From sequence record NC_021529.2: 64,000 nt of DNA; one strand, written 5' to 3'. Every line of letters begins with the position of its first letter. The stretch's first letter is position 1. This document shows positions 1 through 8,711 of the stretch, piece by piece. The position numbers were made by a program, and so were the translations under genes. Under the pieces are notes generated by a model that searched no databases, had not been told where the DNA came from, and worked only from the letters and a program-made list of their open reading frames with translations.

Positions 1-2085
1 ATGATTATCCATACCCCTGATAGTACCGTACAAACGTCTGGTAAGATGCGTACGGCTGGCTTTAATATGAAAGCAAGTGCAAAAGGCTTTCGTATCATTT
101 CAACTACACTCTACAAAGATCCTATTCTAGCAATTGTACGTGAGCTGACGTGTAATGGCTGGGATGCTCATCAAATGAACAAAAATCTCTCTAAAGCGAT
201 TGAAGTTCACTTACCGAATCAGTTTGAACCGTGGTTCAGCGTGAAAGATTTCGGTTGTGGTATGAGTGATGATGAGATCTTTGGCGTGTATACGACTGTG
301 TTCGATTCAACCAAAGACGACTCAAACGACGTTATTGGTGCAATGGGACTAGGCTCAAAAACACCATTCAGCTACAACAACGGTCAATCGTTTACTGTTA
401 AGTCAACGAAGAACGGTTTGAAAGCTGTGTACTCTGCTTATCTTGATAAAGGTGAGCCTGCGATCACTTGTATGTCAGAACCTGCTCCGACTGATGAACC
501 AGACGGCGTAGAAGTAATCGTGCCTGTTCGTAAAGAAGACTTCAGTCGCTTTAAAGATGCAGCGAACAAAGTAATGCCATACTTCAAGTCACCTGCTGTT
601 GATACGAATATCACGCTTACTGAGCGTAAATTCACTCACATGGATGGTTACTTCACTGAACCGTCTGGTAGTTCATGGCGTTCAGGCGACGTGTATGCCG
701 TCATGGGCAATGTTTGCTATCCATTGAACGAAAGCTACATCAAAGACATTAACATTGTTCGTAGCTACTTCAAGCAAACAGATTTGTACATTGACTTTGC
801 AATTGGTGATCTAGATGTCAGCGCGTCACGTGAAGAGCTTCACTATGATGACTACACGATTGAGAACATCAATAAGCGCATCAAAGTAATCAATGAACGT
901 TTCATCAACGAAGCGCAAACATGGATTAACGATCAGAAGTTCAAATACATCGGTGATGCTTACCGAGCGTGTGACAATCGATTTAGTGATTCAGTAATGC
1001 CTAAACTGAAGTTTGGTGACGTGTTAGTCAATACGTATCAAAGTAAGTTGCTTGCTGATTACAATGCGTCTGGTAAAGTTGTGTACTTTCGACCAGAACA
1101 CAGTAACAAAGAAGGTGTTCAGCGTCGAACTAACTTTAGTCGTGCGTATGATCTAGTGAATCCGCGCACTGATTACGCTAAGAATCCGATCAAGATCATC
1201 GTAGATGACATGAAATCGGGTGGTGTTCGTATCGCGAAAGAATACGTTCGTGTGACTAACAAAGGTGCTTATTACCATCACGACGATAAGTTATCGACGA
1301 TTGGTGCACTTAAATTCTTCAAAGAGCGTTTGCGTGACTGTGAATACACAGTTCTGAAGACATCTGATCTGAAAGCGAACTACACGCCAGCGCCTAAGCA
1401 AGTTGCTAAGAAGAATTACGCACCGACTGTTACGCTGTATGAAATGCGTTTTGATGAAAATGGTGAACGTCGCGTTGAGCAATCGACTGTTAAGCGTGAT
1501 TTCTTGCGTAAAGAAGATTTTTATTTCGTGAGTATGTTCCGTGATTACATCGAACGCAGACCCGAAGACTCGAACAACAGCATGGAATATCGCAGTGCGC
1601 TTCCGCTTCTTGAAGCAGTGATGCGTCTTAAAGGTATTGATGTGCTGTATATTGCGCGTCGCCCTGAGTATGCGTGCATCAAAGAAAACGAAAATGCGAA
1701 GAATTTATTCGATGTTAAGTTTAACAAGCGTGAAGCTCGTAGTAAAATCAACTGGAAGCTGTACGCAATCGACAACAACATGTATAGCTTCAGGTCGAAG
1801 CTTCGCGACACGTGGTATCAGCGTGACGTTCGTAAACTGTTTAAGGTAATTGGAACAGGTAAGCAATATGAAGTAACTGACCGCTCGACTATTGATAAAG
1901 TGTGTCGATACTTCCCTATCTTTGGTGCGATTCGTTCTGAAGAAGAATCAACGCAATTGAAGAAGCTTATTGAAGCGCAAGAAATGCCGAAATATCAATT
2001 GCTATTTGACTTGGTTGACAATCGAACGTCACCAGAAGCAACGAAAAAACTAATTAAACTCTTGAGAGGAAAACGAAATGGTTAA
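1..2085 (+). CDS. rIIA: rIIA protein (N-terminal GHKL/HATPase-like domain)
   Basis: LYKDPILAIVRELTCNGWDAH, VKDFGCGM, GAMGLGSK GHKL motifs; about 700 aa and directly followed by an rIIB-like gene. Confidence 0.92.
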   Translation: MIIHTPDSTVQTSGKMRTAGFNMKASAKGFRIISTTLYKDPILAIVRELTCNGWDAHQMNKNLSKAIEVHLPNQFEPWFSVKDFGCGMSDDEIFGVYTTVFDSTKDDSNDVIGAMGLGSKTPFSYNNGQSFTVKSTKNGLKAVYSAYLDKGEPAITCMSEPAPTDEPDGVEVIVPVRKEDFSRFKDAANKVMPYFKSPAVDTNITLTERKFTHMDGYFTEPSGSSWRSGDVYAVMGNVCYPLNESYIKDINIVRSYFKQTDLYIDFAIGDLDVSASREELHYDDYTIENINKRIKVINERFINEAQTWINDQKFKYIGDAYRACDNRFSDSVMPKLKFGDVLVNTYQSKLLADYNASGKVVYFRPEHSNKEGVQRRTNFSRAYDLVNPRTDYAKNPIKIIVDDMKSGGVRIAKEYVRVTNKGAYYHHDDKLSTIGALKFFKERLRDCEYTVLKTSDLKANYTPAPKQVAKKNYAPTVTLYEMRFDENGERRVEQSTVKRDFLRKEDFYFVSMFRDYIERRPEDSNNSMEYRSALPLLEAVMRLKGIDVLYIARRPEYACIKENENAKNLFDVKFNKREARSKINWKLYAIDNNMYSFRSKLRDTWYQRDVRKLFKVIGTGKQYEVTDRSTIDKVCRYFPIFGAIRSEEESTQLKKLIEAQEMPKYQLLFDLVDNRTSPEATKKLIKLLRGKRNG

Positions 2086-3109
2086 TTTACCAATCGAAAC
2101 AAAACAGTCTATCGTCAAAGCATCTGCAAACGGTATGACACAGAAAGACAACGCGGCGAAGCATGGTACTTCGCCAACCACTCTGCGCCGTGTTCTTGCT
2201 GAGCATCGTGAAGGTAAATTTAGTCTGAATACAGCAAAGCAAGTAGTTAAACGCCCTGCTAAAACTAAGTCGCTTGCAACTGACTTCAAATCAAACTTAG
2301 ACGAGTTGCTAGACGCTACTGGTACAAAGCAGAAGATGAAAGCACAAGAGCCTGTCAAGACTCTTGAACAGAAGCTTGATGAAGCGATTGAAGACTTTGC
2401 GTACGTCATTACGCCAGTTAACGTGTCGTTCACGCATAAAGGTCAGGCTTATTCTGCTGACATCACTGCACCGAACTACAGCAAAATCGTTGCTGCGTTG
2501 CTTGAATCTGACGGTGCGCTTGCAGTATCGCTTCTTGATGTTGCTAAAGGCATTGAAGAGTTCATGCTTGGTAACGTAGTAGTTAAAGGTGGCGTTGTTA
2601 AGTATCGTGATCTTGACATCGACGGTGGTATGACTGACCGCATTCTTGAAGCAATGGAAGAAGGCGACAAGTCTCAAGTGACTAAGCTGGTGAAGTTCTT
2701 CGAGAATCTAATCACCAACCCGTCTCGCCGCGCTGTAGAAGAGCTGTACGGCTTCTTAGAAGCTGCTGACATCGAACTAACAGACGATGGTCACTTCCTT
2801 GCGTACAAGAAGATTCGCGACAACTACAACGACATTCACAGCAACAGTATGTGCAATAAGCCAGGGTCTCGCGTGTGGATGCTACGTCACCAAGTGAACG
2901 ACGACAAAGAACAAACATGTTCTGCTGGTCTGCACGTGTGTTCTAAAGGTTACTTGCCACACTTTGGCGGTGCTTCTGGTAATCGTGTTGTACTGTGTAA
3001 AGTCAACCCACGTGATGTTGTGTCTGTGCCAAGCGACTACAACAACACTAAGTTGCGCTGTAGCGAATATCTAGTTCTAAAAGAGCTAGACAAAAATACT
3101 TTGAAATAA
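2078..3109 (+). CDS. rIIB: rIIB protein
   Basis: N-terminal HTH (AAKHGTSPTTLRRVL); C-terminal NPSRRAVEELYGFL, DGHFLAYKKI, CSAGLHVCS, KVNPRDVVSVPSDYNNTKLRC. Confidence 0.92.
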   Translation: MVNLPIETKQSIVKASANGMTQKDNAAKHGTSPTTLRRVLAEHREGKFSLNTAKQVVKRPAKTKSLATDFKSNLDELLDATGTKQKMKAQEPVKTLEQKLDEAIEDFAYVITPVNVSFTHKGQAYSADITAPNYSKIVAALLESDGALAVSLLDVAKGIEEFMLGNVVVKGGVVKYRDLDIDGGMTDRILEAMEEGDKSQVTKLVKFFENLITNPSRRAVEELYGFLEAADIELTDDGHFLAYKKIRDNYNDIHSNSMCNKPGSRVWMLRHQVNDDKEQTCSAGLHVCSKGYLPHFGGASGNRVVLCKVNPRDVVSVPSDYNNTKLRCSEYLVLKELDKNTLK

Positions 3110-3115
3110 TTTAAG

Positions 3116-3192
3116 AAAAGGGTTGACAGATGTCAGCCCTTTTTTGTATTATAGCTACATCGAAACGAAATGCACAAAGAGAGAACATTATG
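3116..3192 (+). promoter_or_regulatory. Early promoter cassette with terminator-like hairpin over -35
   Basis: AAAAGGGTTGACA-GA-TGTCAGCCCTTTTTT; TTGACA 3123, TATTAT 3147; then CTACATCGAAACGA and GAGAGAACATTATG. Confidence 0.85.
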
Positions 3193-3540
3193 ACAGATTT
3201 ACGCACAGCACAAACTTTAGTAGAACAGAACGACGCAGCTATCGTTATTCAACAAGAATATCGCAATGCTCTTTCATTTGCATATGGCTGCATGACTGGT
3301 GTTCAGCGTCAGGTGTATCGCGACTTTCATATGAAAGTGTTAGTAGAGCGATTTGATACAGAGTACTGCCACTCAAACGAAGTGATTCTACCGTACGGTG
3401 AATTGAAATCAGCAATCAAGTACATCAAAGATAGCTTGAACGAGATTGACTACGCAGAACTCAAAGAACACTTTCAATTTAACATTCACGTAGTGAAGGA
3501 TCAACATGAAACGATTGAAGAAACACATACGCAAGTATGA
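3190..3540 (+). CDS. hypothetical protein
   Basis: ATG after cassette SD; no family recognised. Confidence 0.7.
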   Translation: MTDLRTAQTLVEQNDAAIVIQQEYRNALSFAYGCMTGVQRQVYRDFHMKVLVERFDTEYCHSNEVILPYGELKSAIKYIKDSLNEIDYAELKEHFQFNIHVVKDQHETIEETHTQV

Positions 3541-4192
3541 TGAACATGGCGTAGTACAGTATAATATGCTATTGATATTCGCTTTGATTATATCAATATC
3601 TACATCAATAGCATTTATCGCGGCAAACTTTCTATTTTACTTTGAAGTGCAAGATCCAAACGCGAACATTCGTACATACGGTGATGCGTTTTGGACTGTA
3701 TGGATGGCGATGAGTACTATCGGTTTCGGTGACCATTACCCTGTTACTGAAGGCGGTAGATATACCATCGGGTGTATGTTTGTTGTTGGTGCATCACTGA
3801 TTGGTTTGAACATTGGTATTGTCAACGGATGGATTTCATCGAAGTTTGACAAAAGCATTCAAAATCGAGTACTGAAGAGTCAAAATGATGCGTTATTGCA
3901 GAAACTTGACCGTCTTGAGACGTTCTTGGGCGTTAATCAAGAAGTGTTATTCGATAAAGATGCACATGGTGTTGATACTTTCATCGACCAGTATTATGAT
4001 AGTAACGACTCAGCAGATAGAATTGTAACTCTTGGTCAAGACGATAGCGGTCGATATGTAGTTGCAATCAATCAGCAAATGCGCGATACTCAGAAGACAT
4101 CAATGAAGTGGCACACGTTCATCTTAGAAAGTGATGCGCTTAAATTCTACAAAGACACGAGTGAACTATTTCACACGGAGATATTTTCATGA
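3506..4192 (+). CDS. Two-TM potassium channel (KcsA/Ion_trans_2-like) with C-terminal cytoplasmic domain
   Basis: TM1, pore helix YGDAFWTVWMAMS, filter TIGFGD, HYPVT-GGR, TM2, coiled coil. Confidence 0.88.
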   Translation: MKRLKKHIRKYDEHGVVQYNMLLIFALIISISTSIAFIAANFLFYFEVQDPNANIRTYGDAFWTVWMAMSTIGFGDHYPVTEGGRYTIGCMFVVGASLIGLNIGIVNGWISSKFDKSIQNRVLKSQNDALLQKLDRLETFLGVNQEVLFDKDAHGVDTFIDQYYDSNDSADRIVTLGQDDSGRYVVAINQQMRDTQKTSMKWHTFILESDALKFYKDTSELFHTEIFS

Positions 4193-4761
4193 AACGACTA
4201 ATTTTCACAGCACTTGCAGCACTTGCGTTGTCTGCATGTGATAACAAATCAGCAACGCTAGACACAAATGCATATTACGCAGAACAAGAACAACCAACTG
4301 TTGCAGCGCCTACAGTTGAAGACTTCCCGCAGATTGAAGTTGAAGCACCACAAGTAGTGCAACAGCAACAGCCAGTGATCATTCAACAAGACGATGGTGG
4401 GTTTGATTTAGGGTCTGCTGCGATTGGTTTCGTTGCTGCTGAAGTGCTAGATGAAGTTGGTGATGCATTCGAGACGAAGCATAAGAAGACTTACGTTGCG
4501 CCTGTCAACAATTATCCAGTTGTCAAGCGAGTTGAACCGCAGAAATCGATGATTAAAGTTGATAAGAGCGTTACTAAGCCAACAATTGTGAAGAAAGTTG
4601 AGCCTAAGCCAGTTATCAAGAAGATAACACCAATAAAGCCGAAGAAAGTTGAAAAGGTTGGTGTTGCTCCGAAGAAAGAGCGAAAGCTTGAGAAGCGAAC
4701 TACTAAGCCGCCTAAGACGGGTATCTTCAAGAGAGTGCTAAAGAGTAAGAAGCGTCGATAA
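4189..4761 (+). CDS. Lipoprotein with Lys/Pro-rich C-terminal tail
   Basis: MKRLIFTALAALALSAC lipobox; low-complexity K/P/V/E tail. Confidence 0.75.
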   Translation: MKRLIFTALAALALSACDNKSATLDTNAYYAEQEQPTVAAPTVEDFPQIEVEAPQVVQQQQPVIIQQDDGGFDLGSAAIGFVAAEVLDEVGDAFETKHKKTYVAPVNNYPVVKRVEPQKSMIKVDKSVTKPTIVKKVEPKPVIKKITPIKPKKVEKVGVAPKKERKLEKRTTKPPKTGIFKRVLKSKKRR

Positions 4762-4778
4762 AGAGGCAATGCCTCTTT
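4760..4778. terminator. Probable bidirectional intrinsic terminator
   Basis: AAAGAGGC-AAT-GCCTCTTT between convergent genes. Confidence 0.7.
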
Positions 4779-4818
4779 TACGATTCAAGAGCATTAAGAA
4801 CAGCTTGCAGCTCAGTAA

Positions 4819-5295
4819 CTAAATTAGACAGTTCAATGCGATATTTTTATTCTGACGGATGTCTGATCTCAACGCACCACGTGATGTTTTAATATCAGCA
4901 TCATAATCAGTTGTGAACAGTAACGCCTCAGATAGGTAAATTGCTCGATTTAAGTCTATCGTTAGTTGTCTTAGTTCATCGTTGCGTATTTTTTCTGCTG
5001 GTATTCGCATGTATTTGTCAATTCGCTTCATTACTTGCTTCAGTTCTTTGAAGTGTTGGCGTGCTTTACCACCAGCGAATAGCGAACCGTGAACTAGACC
5101 GCCCAAGCCGCCTGCGATACCACCCCAGATTGCCATTGGTAGTACTAATGCAGGTCCAATGAACGTAACAATTGACGCAAATGTACCAGCAGCAACAGCA
5201 CCAGCAAGCGCAGAACGCTTTGCCCATTGAGTGATTGTTGCTTCGTTTAATGACTTTGATGCTTTATACTCATCAAATGTTTTAATCTTCATCAT
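4819..5295 (-). CDS. Candidate capsid-internal protein with glycine-zipper hydrophobic hairpin
   Basis: Starts MKIKTFDEYKASKSLNE|A (T4 capsid-targeting-like); G/A-rich hydrophobic hairpin; late-promoter-like ACTAAATA upstream. Confidence 0.6.
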   Translation of the reverse strand: MMKIKTFDEYKASKSLNEATITQWAKRSALAGAVAAGTFASIVTFIGPALVLPMAIWGGIAGGLGGLVHGSLFAGGKARQHFKELKQVMKRIDKYMRIPAEKIRNDELRQLTIDLNRAIYLSEALLFTTDYDADIKTSRGALRSDIRQNKNIALNCLI

Positions 5296-5322
5296 TATGC
5301 CTTATAATTGAATTAAAAGAAT

Positions 5323-5391
5323 ATGAGGGGTGCGACTATAGTAGGACCAATACTCGCAGTGACCAATGCGTAACATAGTCACATCCCTCAT
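5323..5391 (-). ncRNA. Putative structured RNA leader (three-way junction)
   Basis: 17-bp outer stem (5323-5339/5375-5391) enclosing two 4-bp hairpins whose loops both carry GACCAA (UUGGUC on the - strand). Confidence 0.5.
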
Positions 5392-5395
5392 CTAT

Positions 5396-5403
5396 TATTT
5401 AGT
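5396..5403 (-). promoter_or_regulatory. T4-late-like promoter variant ACTAAATA
   Basis: Shares the TAAATA core of T4 TATAAATA; predicted +1 falls at about the first base of the stem. Confidence 0.5.
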
Positions 5404-5533
5404 GATACAACACTCAATGTTTTACACTTTTCTGACAATAAAATGAAAGTAATTGCATTGTAAAGTGTAATTTTTATTAACTACATGCGTAAAATTAATT
5501 GAACGCTTAAAAAGTATACAAAAGGACTATCAA

Positions 5534-5950
5534 ATGACTATGAAATCCATCATGCGTGCAGCAAACACACGAGTATCTGAGCTACAAATCTTCCGCGGTG
5601 AGCACAGCACTGTTGTTATGGGTTCAGTTGCGAGTGGTAAGAACGCTATGTTAATGGGAATGCTTGTTCAGCGTGGTGCAAAAGACTGTACGATGATAGT
5701 CACAGAGGCAAATGCATTTGAAATGGCTAGCAAGCTTGGTGATGGTTCATACGTAGTTCGCGGCGGGTTGAGTCTCGAATCACTAATAGAATCAGTATCA
5801 TATGCATGTGCGCAAGAACGTGAACACATCTTTATTGAGCATGTTAATCCGATTCTTGGTCATAACATCGTTGATATTCTTGAATCAATCACAAAGTCAT
5901 TCAACAAGCATCTATATGTTGCTATGCAATCGCCACGAGGTGGTCTATGA
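5534..5950 (+). CDS. Short degenerate P-loop (RecA/DnaB-like) protein
   Basis: VVMGSVASGKN Walker-A-like motif, then hydrophobic strand IVTE and IFIEHV. Confidence 0.4.
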   Translation: MTMKSIMRAANTRVSELQIFRGEHSTVVMGSVASGKNAMLMGMLVQRGAKDCTMIVTEANAFEMASKLGDGSYVVRGGLSLESLIESVSYACAQEREHIFIEHVNPILGHNIVDILESITKSFNKHLYVAMQSPRGGL

Positions 5951-6174
5951 CAAACGACGAGTTATATGACACAATTCTCGTCGATTGGGTAACAGGTGCA
6001 ATGACTCGTAAACTGAGCGACGCACGCGAGAAAGGTCGTCGTGGGTGGAATGACAAGAATGTGTGCTCTATTGACTATCTCTATGAGTTACGCGATAAAG
6101 CACTTAAAGATAATGATCATGTCAGTGTACTGAACTACACTGCAATGATAGCAATTAGAGAGTGTAACAAATGA
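5947..6174 (+). CDS. Small helical protein, possibly all-alpha NTP-pyrophosphatase-like
   Basis: KLSDAREKGRRGW...DHVSVLNYTAMI resembles a recurrent phage helical family (recalled, not searched). Confidence 0.4.
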   Translation: MTNDELYDTILVDWVTGAMTRKLSDAREKGRRGWNDKNVCSIDYLYELRDKALKDNDHVSVLNYTAMIAIRECNK

Positions 6175-7184
6175 ATGTGATGTTCACGAGCCTATTCGGC
6201 TCAAAACTGTATGGCACAGACACGCCAGAGTCAGACACTGACTATAAAGCTGTGTTTATGCCTGAAATGCGTAAGCTATTGCGCGGTGTTGCAATAAAAA
6301 ACTCAGTTCATTCAACTGGTAAGTCGTTCTCTAAGAATGGTGCAGATGATGAAGACTTCGAATACATACCTGTTCAAGTGTTCATGCGTGACTTTCTTGG
6401 CGGACAGTCGTATGCAATCGAGCTTGCATTCAATGCATTACAAAACCCAGATGATTGTACGCCTCAGTTCTACAGCATGTGTGAGCAGCTAACATCACGC
6501 TTCTTGACATCAAACGTCAAAGCAATGACTGGCTATGCACTCAACCAAGCACAGAAGTATGGTATCAAAGGTACACGACTTAACAGTCTAATGGAATTTG
6601 CACGTGCTATAGAGACGCACAACGTCGATTCTAAAGCGAAGTTGGGTTCAAGCCCTGAGTTGTGCAAGCAACTATGGGAACTGTGCTCAGAAGACGCTCA
6701 CGTGCGTTTTCAGTGGTATCATGGCCCCAAGACTACAGACGCAAGCGATTTGCAAGACCCTGCGTTCAGCGTACTTGAGAAGGTATTCGGTCTTGAAATC
6801 TCATTTGAAGAAGCGTCTGGTCGTCTTGAGAAAATGATGAGCAAGTATGGTGCGCGTGCATATCAAGCGCGTGCGGCAAGTGGGTCAGACTGGAAAGCGA
6901 TATCTCATGCAATGCGTGTTATCGATCAAGCGATAGACATCCTTGACAAAGGTAAGCTTGAGTTCCCATTACCTCTTGCGTCGTTCTATCGTGACGTGAA
7001 GCAAGGCAAATACAAGTGGGAATACGTGTCTGAAGTGCTACAAGAACGACTTGAACTGCTTGAAAATGCAAAAGATACAACGAAACTTCCGAATCATACG
7101 CCAGCTCTAGTAGAAGAATTCTACGAATGGTATGATGATTGTCTTGAAGAGTTCTATTTTCCGTGTATAATGACTCGCGAATAA
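6171..7184 (+). CDS. DNA polymerase beta-superfamily nucleotidyltransferase (RlaP/Nuc-transf-like)
   Basis: FGSKLYGTDTPESDTDYKAVF (GS..YG....SDxD) and DWKAISHAMRV. Confidence 0.8.
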   Translation: MNVMFTSLFGSKLYGTDTPESDTDYKAVFMPEMRKLLRGVAIKNSVHSTGKSFSKNGADDEDFEYIPVQVFMRDFLGGQSYAIELAFNALQNPDDCTPQFYSMCEQLTSRFLTSNVKAMTGYALNQAQKYGIKGTRLNSLMEFARAIETHNVDSKAKLGSSPELCKQLWELCSEDAHVRFQWYHGPKTTDASDLQDPAFSVLEKVFGLEISFEEASGRLEKMMSKYGARAYQARAASGSDWKAISHAMRVIDQAIDILDKGKLEFPLPLASFYRDVKQGKYKWEYVSEVLQERLELLENAKDTTKLPNHTPALVEEFYEWYDDCLEEFYFPCIMTRE

Positions 7185-7210
7185 TGAAGTAATGCGTGGT
7201 GCTTACTAGT

Positions 7211-7218
7211 TATAAATA
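7211..7218 (+). promoter_or_regulatory. T4-type late promoter
   Basis: Exact TATAAATA 24 nt before ATG 7243. Confidence 0.8.
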
Positions 7219-7242
7219 CGATAAACAAACTAGGAATTTAAC

Positions 7243-7596
7243 ATGAAAACATTCAATCAATTCGTTAGCGAATCATCATACACGTTCACACCGCAGTCTC
7301 AAGTCGATGAAGCTCTTCTTAAAGCAGGTCAAGAAGTATTTGGACGAATGATTCAACCAATGTTGAGTAAGGTATATGGCGATGTTCAATTCACATTCCC
7401 TGTGCCAAGCAACAAGAAAGCACCACGCGGTTGGTTCACAAAGCTAGTTGCTAGTCTAACAAAGCATCTAGGTGTACAACCTAAATACGTTGATGAAAAG
7501 CGTAAAGAAGCTGAGTTCGTAGTCGGTGAAAAAAGTATCTCAATTACTAAAACGATGACTGGTTCACCTGGCGGATACATTCGCGATAAGTTTTAA
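7243..7596 (+). CDS. Candidate capsid-internal protein
   Basis: Starts MKTFNQFVSE|S, like the T4 internal-protein targeting sequence MKTYQEFIAE; under a late promoter. Confidence 0.65.
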   Translation: MKTFNQFVSESSYTFTPQSQVDEALLKAGQEVFGRMIQPMLSKVYGDVQFTFPVPSNKKAPRGWFTKLVASLTKHLGVQPKYVDEKRKEAEFVVGEKSISITKTMTGSPGGYIRDKF

Positions 7597-7610
7597 GATA
7601 AGGAAAAGCA

Positions 7611-7862
7611 ATGCAAGGTTTTAACGATTATTTCAAGAAAGGTGAAGTCAAGCTACAAGAAACTGAACAAGAGTTTCATGAGCGCGTTGTCAAGCATCGT
7701 AAAGTAGATGATCAACGTTACCCTGATCTATCAAGTTCTGGTCTTGAGGGACCATACACTGACTTGAATGGTAAAGTGTACTACTACGATCCACGTGAAG
7801 GGGTGTACTACGATCCTGACACTGACATCTACATCACTGGTAAAGAATTACGTCTACCGTAA
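7611..7862 (+). CDS. Small late protein, possible internal protein
   Basis: MQGFNDYFKKGEVKLQE|T start; LEGPY...YYYDPREGVYYDPDTDIY domain. Confidence 0.6.
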   Translation: MQGFNDYFKKGEVKLQETEQEFHERVVKHRKVDDQRYPDLSSSGLEGPYTDLNGKVYYYDPREGVYYDPDTDIYITGKELRLP

Positions 7863-7865
7863 CAC

Positions 7866-7889
7866 AAAAGCGCCTACGGGCGCTTTTTT
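7866..7889 (+). terminator. Intrinsic terminator
   Basis: AAAAGCGCC-TACG-GGCGCTTTTTT. Confidence 0.85.
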
Positions 7890-7903
7890 ATTGAGAAAAA
7901 TAT

Positions 7904-8344
7904 ATGATTACGTTAATACAAGACCAAAACTCTCTTCAATTCATGTTAAATGATGAACTGTTGCTATCTGCAACATGGGAATCATACATCGATCAAAACT
8001 ATAACTGCGAAGTATTCAAGACTGCTATCGTCGAAATACCTTCTCTATCATGCACTATCGTGCGTGAAGAACATTATGCAGAATCACTTATTCGAACGCT
8101 TCTAATGCAACGTGAGCTTTATCACGACGACTTCCACACGATTATTGACTTATTCCCTCACGTTAAGCTTGAACAAGAGCACAATGATTGGTATTGTGAC
8201 TGTTGTGGGGGTGTACATGATGTCTGCACAACAATCACCAACAATCAAAGTAACAAACAGTTAGATTTTTTCCACGATGACCACTTTGGTCGAGGCAATT
8301 CGATCATGCCGCATCAATTACTTGAGTTCTGTCTAGATGTTTAA
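7904..8344 (+). CDS. hypothetical protein (CDCC motif)
   Basis: Packed ORF; WYCDCCGGVHD. Confidence 0.65.
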   Translation: MITLIQDQNSLQFMLNDELLLSATWESYIDQNYNCEVFKTAIVEIPSLSCTIVREEHYAESLIRTLLMQRELYHDDFHTIIDLFPHVKLEQEHNDWYCDCCGGVHDVCTTITNNQSNKQLDFFHDDHFGRGNSIMPHQLLEFCLDV

Positions 8345-8711
8345 CCCACGTGTGCTCGTATGTGGCGGTCGTAAATTTTCAGACAGAAAACTTGTTTATG
8401 CTGCGTTAGATAAGCTATACAATAGCAATTATATAGGTCGCATGACTATTATCGAGGGTGGCGCGTTAGGCGCTGACCGACTTGCGCAAGATTGGGCGAA
8501 TCAAGCGCATATCGATGTTGATTTAATCACGTGCGAAGCTGAATGGGATAAGTATGGTGATTCTGCGGGCTATCGACGTAACACTGACATGGCTAATCTC
8601 AAGCCAGACATCTGTTTGGCATTTAAAGGGGGTCGTGGCACTCAGAACATGATAGACATTTGTCGCGAACGTTCAATAAAAGTGCATACAATCAATTGGA
8701 AATATAGATGA
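8337..8711 (+). CDS. SLOG-superfamily protein (YspA/DUF2493-like)
   Basis: RVLVCGGRKF, IIEGGALGADRLA, AGYRRN, CLAFKGGRGTQNM. Confidence 0.8.
   Translation: MFNPRVLVCGGRKFSDRKLVYAALDKLYNSNYIGRMTIIEGGALGADRLAQDWANQAHIDVDLITCEAEWDKYGDSAGYRRNTDMANLKPDICLAFKGGRGTQNMIDICRERSIKVHTINWKYR

Noticed and set aside
5323-5391. tRNA gene
   Set aside because: Only two internal hairpins, a 17-bp closing stem, and no TTC T-loop or D-loop consensus.
5422-5470. TTACACTTT/AAAGTGTAA inverted repeat as an operator
   Set aside because: Short arms in very AT-rich DNA with no properly spaced promoter; could be chance.
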